Assembly: GCA_001179505.1 (NCBI GenBank)
Contig: CDMY01000255.1
Span: 186,001 to 250,000, forward strand
Origin: Vitrella brassicaformis CCMP3155
Taxonomy: Eukaryota > Protista > Chromerida
DNA length: 64,000 bases
Direction: 5' to 3'
Shown here: positions 11,201-21,500 of the stretch, piece by piece
How the letters are laid out: every line of letters begins with the position of its first letter
Numbering within the stretch: the first letter of the stretch is position 1
Translations under genes and position numbers: made by a program
The notes under the pieces: generated by a model
Database searches by the model: none
Seen by the model: only the letters and a program-made list of their open reading frames with translations
What the model was told of the DNA's origin: nothing

Positions 11201-11797
11201 CGCGCACATCCGCAAGACGGGTCTCACCATTGTATGTGTGTGTGTGTGACGTCCAGGATTCGCATCGTGACGGTATGATGTCGGTCGCTCACAGTGATGA
11301 GAGGGTCATATTGACCAAGGAGAGTGGCAAGAACGGCCTGTACAAGAACATGCCCGTCTACTACCTGCAGAGCGACCTCATCGATGCACAGCTGCGCGAA
11401 GTGCTGCAGGTCAGTGGCAAGGCGGGGAGGCACATGTGGCGTATGGTGTTCATGCGCACCTGTGTGTGTGAGTGTGTGTGGGTTAGGTTTTCGGCATTGA
11501 GTTTGGCGACGATGACATCTGCTCGCGGTGTGCCCACTGCAATGCATGCGAATGGCAGGTGGGTCGGGGCGATCGAGAGAACACGGACAACACGCCGTCT
11601 CTCTGTCTGGTCGTTAGGAGGCGGCTCGCGAGGAGGTGCAGGACATGGTGTCCCCGGCTGCGTATGAGCAGAACGAGACCTTTTGGCGGTGTGGGGGGTG
11701 TCAGCGTCTGTATTGGGAGGGGCCGCTTTGGCACAAGGCCAGGGCCCACTTCCAGTCGTTCAGAGAGGAGCTCAAGAGCCCTGACACCGATGGATGA
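8275..11797 (+). CDS. EXD3: EXD3/Mut-7/Nibbler-like 3'-5' exonuclease (DEDDy) with a C-terminal Mut7-C domain and Zn ribbon
   Basis: After splicing: ExoI PFVGVDGEWRP...CALLQIA, ExoII IGFMFHQEDVKAL, ExoIII LLGKPLSKTSQFCNWEYRPLDDAQVAYAALDA. The Mut7-C domain reads KLCRKLRGMGVD, RVILTKE, QLREVLQVFGI, CSRCAHCN and FWRCGGCQRLYWEG. Stop TGA at 11795-11797. Confidence 0.85.
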
Positions 11798-12538
11798 GCT
11801 CGGGGATGGGCAGTTGTGAGTGTGGAATACTTTCGAGGCTGTCTTTGTGTATGCTTTTGCGTGTGGGTGGATGATGGCGTTTATCTGTCTGTCTGTGTAT
11901 GGGACATACCATGCGATGCATGCGCACCATTCATTCTGTGGACCATTTGTCTATCAGTCAACGTCACACATGTGGTCAGCTGATTGGATCTACCTACCGG
12001 TCTCTGCTGTGCCCCTCCGCTCAGGCAAGAGAGATACGATGGATGCATGTGGCCACTGTGTCTCTCACTGACCAATATAGAATGTAGGCAGCGATTGTAG
12101 GGACCCCTCCCCTTCTCTCTACTCCACGTCTGGCTGTCCCATCGCCCGCCTCGCCAGCCAGCCAGCCAGCCACATAGACAGACAGAAAATAGACGGACGT
12201 GCAGACGGACGATTGATAACATGACTGACGCGGACAGACGGGCATCCAATCCAGACAGACAGACAGACGTGACACCAGCACCACACTCATGACATGACAT
12301 ACACGAGCACGTCCATCCACGCACACGGCCGCTGCTCCCTCCGGACCTTTTTTGGCTTTTTTTGTTTCTTCTTTTGTTTTGCCTTTTCTGCTTTTTTTTT
12401 GTTTTGGCTTTTGTCCGCCTCGATGGCTGCTCTCTGGCTCTCCTCCTCCCTCCTCTTTGCCGGCCCTCTCTTGCCATCGCCCCACCGCGACAACAGTGCT
12501 GCTAACTTAGGCAGACACGCACATGTACTACGTCTCGG

Positions 12539-14880
12539 CTACGTCTCTTCCTCTTCTCCCCTCCCGCACTTCAGCAGCCCTTGCACAAACCCCGCCACTG
12601 CATCCACGGCGCCGCGCAATATCGCTCTCGAGGCCGTCGAAACGTCTTGAAAGGCCCCCCTGACCTCGTAGAGGCCCTCTCCCTCGTCGCTATCCTCCCA
12701 CCATTCCCAGTGCCCCGTCAGAGGCTTCTTGTGCCACCCCTCCTCGACCTTGCCGCCCGCCAGGTGGGGGACATAGACGACCTTGGCGTGGCCGAACTTG
12801 TAATCCAGCTGGTGGGCCGCCAGGTTGGGGCCGTACATCATCGGCACAGGAGGGAGTGTGGGCGGGGATGAGGGTGGTAGCTGGTACAGCTGCGTGTGCT
12901 GTGCGTGGTGCAGGGGATGGACCAGGTGGAATGTTGCCGTCCTCGCGGCTGCGGCCGGCGGGTATGGGATGTGTGGTAGTGTGGGCGGTGTCTCCTCTCT
13001 GGCGGCGGCGCGCGGGGCAGCGGATGCACCGCCTTCCGAGTCCTCACCTCTCACACACCCCCTCTGAAAGGCACACACCCACGCACACACACAAGAGTGA
13101 CCGAGATGCATTGCTCTAGTTGGTGCTCCCATCCGTGTTTGCCTACCGTCTGTCGTCCCTCTCTCCTCAGCAATGCCCATCTGCACGGGCACCTCGTCAA
13201 CAGCAGCAGGTGCGGAGGGGCCGACCACGCCCTCCCCCTCGCTAGGCACAGACACAGGGGGCACCACCACCGACTCGAGGAGCTCGAGCGCGGCGAACAG
13301 GCTGTCCTCGATCCACTCGAGCTTGGGCCGCTCGCCTTGCCGCTGCCGCTGCCCCTTCTCGGATATCTCGGCGAGGATGTCGACCCACCTCTTGGTCCAC
13401 TGCAGGCCCGGCTCGTCGAAGAGCTCCAGTAGGGGGCACATGGGCTGCCCGAGGTGCAGGGGATGTCATAAAGGAGCTCCGCGCCTCCCCCCACTGCATC
13501 GCCAGGAGCAGCTCCATCCTCTCCTCTTCGTCTTCTGGCCCCGCCATCTCCATGGCGGTGTCTCTGAGTGCGCTGCCTCTGATGGTGGCGAAGGTGATCA
13601 TCCCGAGGCCGTACGACACACTCGGCTCGCCGATCAGCACCTCCTCCTCCTTGCCCTCCCCCCGCAGCAGCCCATCCTCACGCATCTCGCCCCGCAGGCT
13701 GGCCCAGCCCTCCCTGATCTCGTCCTGGGTGGTGGTGGACGACGTCTCGTCTTGCTCCTCTTCGTCTGCCTCCTCCTCATCTCCGTCCTCCTCCCCTCCC
13801 CCCTCTCGTGACGCCTTCTCCGCCTCGGGTTGGTCGTCGCCGCCTCACTCTCCATCCGGCTCGGGGACATAGCCCAAGTCCAGCGACCAGTGTTCTGGTG
13901 ATGTGAACCAGATGGTCGCGGCCGGGTTGACCTCCTGGGCCTCCTGGTCCAGCGGCACACGGGCTGGTCTCTCACCCAGGAAGGCTGGCGTGTCTTCGGG
14001 CAGGGGGGAGCCCGGCGTGTCGGCGGCAATGGTGTTGGCCAGGTCAATCATGATGCCGCCGTTGACAGAGGGGAAGCGCTCGAGAACGCCGTCGGGGCAC
14101 ATCAGGGCCTGTCGTGGCAGCATCACGTTGTTGAGGAAGGCGTCCAGGCAGTAGATGCCGTGCTTGACGGCAGTGCGGTGGGCCTGCGTGGTGATGACGG
14201 GGGCCTTGGTCATGACCTTGAGGTCCGCCAACAGCCTCGCCAACGCCCGCCTGGGGTCGTCCTTCCGCGCCTCCTTGTACCTGGCCGCCACGATGCCCAG
14301 CCTGTACTGGTTCTCGACCAGCTCCCCGCTCTTCCAGCCGATAAGGCGGCTCAGCTCGACATAGTCGGCTGCACACATACACACACACGCACAGACGCAG
14401 AATATCCACAGGACATCAGCAGCAGGTCCCGCCCTGTTCGTGATCCCATTCCGTCCTTTCTGCCATCCATCCATCCATCCATCCATCCATCGTGTGTGCA
14501 GGTCACTCACCCAGGAGTGGTGGCATGGCTATGAAGAGGACCTTCTTGGGGTTGCCATCGGGGCCCGTGTACTGGGCAGGGCTCTGTGGGTCGGTGTCGG
14601 CGGCGATGAGCGTGAGGAAGGGTGACTGGCCCTTGAGCGTACGCATCCGGCTCGCCTCCACCTCAAAATCCCTTGCCGCCCTCTTGATGCGGTCGTCGGG
14701 CAGGCCCTCCAACGACATGATCTTGATGGCGGCGTCGTCGCTGCCGCCGTCGGGCCGTGGCACCCTCCCTCTCATGACCGTCACCCTGTCGCTGGTGCCC
14801 AAAATGGAGGCGGCTTCCTCCTCAAACTCGACAGTGCGGCCGTCGCTAAACAGCAGCCTTGAGCAGCACATGAGGCACAT
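12539..14880 (-). pseudogene. Divergent protein-kinase-like gene with an in-frame stop and frameshifts (probable pseudogene or assembly error)
   Basis: Kinase-like motifs appear in order: AAIKIM, FEVEASRM, HGIYCLDAFLNNVML, IMIDLA, FTSPEHW. There is a TGA at 13845-13847, and the frame changes near 13790-13806 and 13441-13495, while protein-like text continues in the new frames. Confidence 0.6.
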
Positions 14881-15550
14881 AGCTCCGATGGCGATGCCAA
14901 TATAAAGTGCACGGTGGTGCAGGGGAAGTCGACGTCTGCGACCGTCGCAAAGCGATGCGGCTCTCGTGGTGGCTGTTGGTTGGTCCTGGAATATCGGATA
15001 TTTGTTCTCTATTTTTTTTTGTCTCCTCGAGTCTCGTCCGTTTACATCATGAGGTGTTCTCTATTTCCGGCTACGAATGGATGGGGAGGTCATGGATGGG
15101 TCTCTACACGAACGGGGGTGCTTGGAAAGCTACAAATTTGACGTGACCACCTCACTGTACACACAACAGCATTCTCGCGAAACAACAGAGGATCTACCTG
15201 TGCAAGCCTCGCCTGAGCTGTAGACAGGACCTCACACGCACCCTCAAACGCACCCTCCAATGGATATGCACGGCACACATCTGTCTACACACAGAAGAGC
15301 TACGTGGGTCTCTCGTTTGATGACCTTCAGTAAGTCAGCAAGCAATATCTTTGCAAGCCTCGCATCAGTCAGTCAGCTGTACAGAGAGGCAGTGATATGT
15401 ATACCCACACATCACATGAACACCACCCACGGATATATACAGGCTAGACCACATTAAGCTATACACACACGCACAATGCAAGTCCCTGTACACACGTATG
15501 TATAGATAGCTACACAGCTGTACCCACACAATTTCTGACTCGACAGCTAG

Positions 15551-18500
15551 CTACGTCGGCGCCCCTCTGCCCAATGAGGTCCTTGCCTTCTGCAGCCACA
15601 GCCTCATCAGACGTCTGGACGGCGCTGACAAGGCAACATCCACACCCTCAAATGGCCGTGGAGTCTGCCACTCGTCCACATCCCCCACCTGCGCACATCA
15701 ACACACCCCGCAGCTAACCGATGTCCGTGCACACCGACCGACGGCTGCCCTTTTTCTCCCGCCCACCTGTGCCTCCTCCATGTGTTCGCTCGAAGCCGCT
15801 GCCTCCTCTGCTGGTTTGCCCTCGCCCTCCTCTGCTTCCGACGCCTCCTCCCCTCCGCCCCGCGCGGTTGTTCTGGCGGCCTGCAGCCACGCCCGCATGA
15901 TTGTCGCTGCGTGGGGGGGCACAGTGACGTCAGGGAAGGGGGCTGTGTCCTGGGCGGGCCGTGCCGAGGGCAGTGCGAGACGAATGGGCGTATACGGCTG
16001 ACCCACCCCTCTCTCGAGAGGGATGTTCTGATGGATGGAGAGAGAGAGAAAAGGAAGTGCTGATCTCCATGTTTATGTCTCGGCCTTGTGCGTGTGGCTG
16101 TCACCCTGTTGCGGGAGTGGTACGTCTGGTAGCATGTGGCGCAGAGCACGGCGGTGGGTGTGAAGGTCTTGTAGTAGTGCAGCCACAGTGTCTCGTTCCA
16201 CAGTGGCGAGAGGTCGCGGGTTTGCCTGAACTGCGATGCCATGGCCATGGCTGAGTAGATGGGGTAGGTGTCGATGGCTTGGGGGTTGCCGCATAGCTCA
16301 CACTGACGCTGATTCGCCAAAGCCAGCGCTGAGTTGGGCTTCACCACACGCAACTGCAAATGGCCAACCACACATATGAAGGCGTTCGTTCAATGGCCGG
16401 CAAGCTTGTGATGGTTTGGGATAGGGTGGTACCTGTCTTTGCAGGTGTAGCAGGAATTTGGCCCTCTGTCGCCACATGCGTGTGATGTCGGCGCACACCT
16501 GCGGGACGTGCATGACGCGACCCGTCTCCTTCCGACGACGCAGCAACTCAGCCATCTGCCACACCCACACAGGCAGCGGAGATGAGCGTTATTCGCTGCG
16601 GTTGGTGACGTGATGTTTTTGTGCCTGCATACCTGTTCATCTGGCGGCACATTGAAGCCGAACAAGGCCCCTTCGGCAGGAGCTGTCGTCACCGACCTGA
16701 AACACACACAGACACAGACAAGCTCAGCCCCTGCCTGCACTCATCGAGCCCATGGCTGCGTACTCGTCTTCTCTGGGCGATATGGCCAGTGAGGCCTGCG
16801 TGTCTCGTTGCTCCTCGGGCGACACAGCTCCCAAGGCCTGCAGCTGCCGAGGGTCGAGTGTGCCCATGAGGGTGGCCAGGGCCTTGAGCAGAGGAGTGCG
16901 ATAGCGCTCCATCGTCTGTCGGCTGCCCAGAACCACCTCACGGAAGTTCTGCTGGAGCCATATCGCACTGCACACAACACAAGGACAAGGAGCTAACAGC
17001 GTGCGAGCTTCTGAGGGCATCTCGTCCGTGCGTGCATGCTCCTTACTTTTCTTTGACGAATTCTTGTTTGTATCTGGCGAGTCCGTATGGGTCACGGGCC
17101 TCCTCAGGCTCCACCCAACCCTCCATGATGCCGCCACCTGACAGACACGCACACACGAAGGCACGGTGGACATGCTGTACGCTTCGTGTGTGCCGTCGTT
17201 TGAACCAACCAGGTGGCGCTCTGAGGATGGGTTTGGCCTTGATTTCCTTCCACTCCTCCAGCAGGCTCTTCTCCTCACCCTCCCGCACCCTCTTGGCCAC
17301 ATCCACCGAGGGCACTTTCCACACGCGCAGGTAGTTGGCCGTCCACACGGAACACGTCTTGATGAAGCCGCACACCAGCCACACGACAGGGAACACGACG
17401 GAGAATGCCGGGTCGTCAAACATGTTCCAGTTCTCCGAGAAGAGCACCTGCATCCCCAGCAGCCACGTGAAGGTGCCAGCGGCCAGCAGCGAGACCATAA
17501 AGTAGTACTGCTCGGAGAAGCACAGCAGGTCCAGCGACCGCACCGACGGCGGCACGCCCTCGTCCACCGACTTGCCCTCGCCCTTCCACCGGTCAGCACG
17601 CGTGTCGAATCGGAATTTGCAGTATCGGAGGTAGTCCATGATGCGCCACCTGTGGAACAGCTCCATGATGTTGAGGCAGAGAATGTCGAAGAGGATGTGA
17701 AAGAAGAAGATGATAACGAAGAAGGTCATGTAGTAGGGGGCAGTGGCGGGAGTGATGTCGAACTGCAGCAGGATGTCGGTCTCGTCGTAGAAGAACCAGC
17801 ACAGCCCCAGCACCACCGGGATCCACAACGCTGCCAGCAGATCAGTCGAGTAGCTCGCCATGCAACCTGAATGGAAGACGACGACAGACAGGATGCCCAT
17901 GATGACTGCATCGCCTGTCTTCTGGGTCACTTTACCGATCATGTCGCTTGGTATCGGGTCGCGGACCGGGCGGCTGCAGCCATGTATGCAGTCACAGACA
18001 CAGATGCGCTTGAGCTCACACACGCCCCCCCTGTTTGTTCCCTTACTTTCTGGCCTCTTGTTTGAACTTCTCGTCCAATGTGTCCAGGTCTTCATCCTCG
18101 TACTCAGATGCGCCCTCCTCCGGCACAAAACGCCTTCAGGTATACAGACAACAAATGACACCAGAATTGGGGATTACATTTGCGAGTGAGCAGCTGCCGT
18201 TGTCTGTCTGTTGCCTTACTGTCTCTCCCACGGTTTGGCCCCCCTGGCCAGCCACTGTAGCATTCGCCACGCCTTCCTGCCCCTGTGCTCGATGGTGTAC
18301 AGGATGTACTCCTGGCTGGGACTCACGTAAATGCGGTCAAACGTCTGATAGGAGGCGCGAGGAGGAACACACCTCCATCGTGACGTCGGTCGGTCCGTGG
18401 CTGAGGTGTGTCGAGTCGATCTACCTGTATGAGGAGTTGTATGAGGAAGCACATGAGGAAGGAGAAGAGGTCAGGGGCGGCCAGAATCGCTAGAGTGTTG

Positions 18501-21500
18501 GTCTGACACACACAGGAGAAAGCAGCACTCGAATGCATCGATCCGCCGGTCGGTGCGTTATCAAGCCCACCAGAATGGCGATAACATTAATTGGCACCAC
18601 GAGCAGCATCTCCTTCATGAACTGATGCACCACCAAACTCATCGCGACCTTCAGTAGATACAACCCGACCTGCTCACACACAAACACACACGCACACACA
18701 AGGCGATAAGGGCTGGCCACATCTGTCAGGGTGTGGATGACTCACTGACCAGCATGTAGAATATGTTGTCCCTGAAGATCTCCGAGGCGGCGAACTCGAG
18801 CACCGACAGCGCCACGAAACTGTGCAGGAGGAGGCAGAGCGCGAGAGCGCTCCTCTTCCATATGCGCATGGTGAAGACGGTCATGAGGTCGAGCTCGTCC
18901 GCCTCCTGCTTCATCAGCTTGGCCAGCCGGTGAGCGTCGCTCTCGAGTCGCTTCTCGAAGTCAGATATCGCCGGACGAATGAAGATGCGCATGCCCAGGA
19001 AGATCAGGTACACGCCCACCACCATCAGGCCCATGCCCAAGCGACCATACTGACGCACTGCAGACATACAACAACATCGACAGTGCAGTGCTACATACAC
19101 ATACAGTGCCCCGTGAACGCCCGTACTTCTGAAGTCTGTCCGTGTGAGTTCGGTCTCAGCGTTGTAGGAGCTGACAAATGAGTCGAAGAGCCCCAAAGGG
19201 CACTCCGGGGTGATCTCCTGCCGGCAGGCGCTGTACGTCTTGCAGTCGGCGTCCTCCTCCTTGCAGTTGAACCAGATGAAGAACGGCAGCGCAAGGCCAC
19301 CCACGGCCCCCGTGCAGAGGGCCACCACTATCAGCAACCCAACTGTGAAGGGCAGGAGGGCCAGGAGGCTGCCGCGGACGACGGGGGGCAGGTAGAACTG
19401 GGGATAGAACGACTTGTACAGCGCCGGCGGGTGCCTGCACACACACACACACACACAGATCCACCCCATGCACTCGTCCATCGTGTGCCTCCTGTTTGTG
19501 GTCGCATACTTGAGTTTGGTGAAGAGTCTGTGCATGATCCAGAGTACGAACAGCATGGCTACGCTGAAGAGGCCGACGAAGAAGAAGAGCGAGATGTAGT
19601 ACTGGAACTGGAAGGCAAAGCTGACGAGCACGTCCGTGTGGTCCATCGGGATCAGAGAGAACACCAACTCATACTCCACGGCAACCTGATCAGACCCAAG
19701 AAACCATCAGCATCACATACCATACCTACACGAACACTAACGGAATCCCACCTGTCCCCGTTGTTGGGCCTTGTCGAGGGTCTGCAGCTTCTGGTACTTC
19801 ACCTCCGCCCGTATGATCTCCTTGTTGCGGTCATTCTCCTGCCAGTAGTAGACGTCCAGCACCACACGGCCAGGCAGACTATCCTCCGATGCCGGCTCAA
19901 CAAGCTTCACCTGAACCCACCAGAACAGAAGGCGGCAATCCACTGCTGTTCTAGGCAGGTCTGTGCTCGGACTTACCGGCACCAGGGGCACTGTCCTGGT
20001 CTTTCCTGAGTCGAGGTCCTTCCTCTTCATGGGGTATCGTGTGATGTAGAAGAGCTCTGCCCCCTCGTTGACCTCAAACCAGCGCGGCAGCACCTGTTTG
20101 TCGTTGAAGACCTCGTCATACAGACATCGTAGCCGCACGTTGCGGCACTGGTCCGCCACTGCCGTGGACAGGTAGGCCAGTCGCTTGATGGGCTTTGTGG
20201 TGCCGAGAGGGACGAGCTGGCACTCTCGGCTCTGCTCAGCCAGCGCCCACAGGGGGATGGTGTGGCCGAAGCCCTCACAGTTGGAGAAGTACGGCAGGTA
20301 CGACAGCCAGATGGCGCTCGTGCCGTCCTGCCAGTAGTCGTCCTTGTTCTGGAACCTGTTGACGCCCAACTCACTCGCCTGCTGCTGATATATGTCGGCC
20401 TCGAAATCCCTGAAGGTAATGACAGCGAAGGAGAAGACCAGTGGATGGATGAGAATTGCTTCTTGTGCAGCTACGCTCGTCACCTTGGCATGAAGCTGAG
20501 GAAGGCCCGCGTGGCGACATACGGACTCGACGCACTCAGGTTCTTGACAGGGCTGTATCCACATAGACAGTCACACATCCACGTAAGCGATCATTGTCTC
20601 TCATGCGCCTACATGTTGTAGGGTACTTCCAGCTGCATGTCACGATTGACCTCCATGAGGAACATGTCGCTCGTACCCAGCCTCGCCCGGTCTGGTTGGG
20701 TGGTCTCGATGACGGCCGACTGCAGGAGGAGGAACTTGTCGGGCAGAAACAGCCCATTGAGGATGTCGATGTCGACTCGGTACTGCACGGTGCGGAGGAA
20801 GTGCAGGTGCAGCTCCAGAATGCCCTTGAGCGTGCCAGCGGGAGCCTCCGTGATGGACGGGGGAAGCTGCGGCAACAAAATACACACATGCCTCGGTCGA
20901 TGAATCACTGCATTCATCTCTCTGTATCCATCTGCCCACTGACCTCTATTCGTGTTGCTTCATTGGGCGTCTGGGTGAGCTCCAGCGTCCTGTTGACCGA
21001 GATACTGATGCGCCAGTCTGCACCGTACTCTATTGCGGGGCTCAGGTGACGCAGGTCGAATGTTATTAACGCAGACGAGCCGGCATGTCCCTGGTAGATC
21101 GTCACCTGCACACACACATGGCCTCACATTCTCCCACATAAGGTACGTATGTGTGTGGGTGGCTGGCTTGCCATTTCGTCCTGGTCGTCGCCCCACGTGA
21201 AGTTCATGATGCTCGGTGTGGAGAGGTTATGGTTAACGGGGTTGAGAGACTCAATGACCACCTCGCCCTCGTTGAGAAACTGGACGGTCGACCGCTTGCT
21301 GCACTGATCCAGACGGGTCGCACCAGATATCGCCGTTAAGGTACCCAACGGACACCTGCAAAACAACCATGCGCATCGAATACATCTGTGCGTGTGCGAT
21401 CGTAGGTGTGCGCTGGCCGACCGTGTCCACCCTGCGGTGCCCGCGGCCTCCCTCTCTCCGATGGTCCGTTTGAGTTCTTTGATGACCCACTCGGCCTTGG

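Noticed and set aside
12287-12500. Lys-rich minus-strand ORFs over a T-rich tract (AIEADKSQNKKKAEKAKQKKK)
   Set aside because: This is low-complexity sequence. I found no donor in the right phase to join it to the kinase-like gene, so it may be a UTR or a decayed exon.
15146-15545. Short recurring words (agctac, tacaca, ctgtac) between the kinase-like gene and the giant gene
   Set aside because: Irregular low-complexity sequence with no periodic unit or convincing hairpin.
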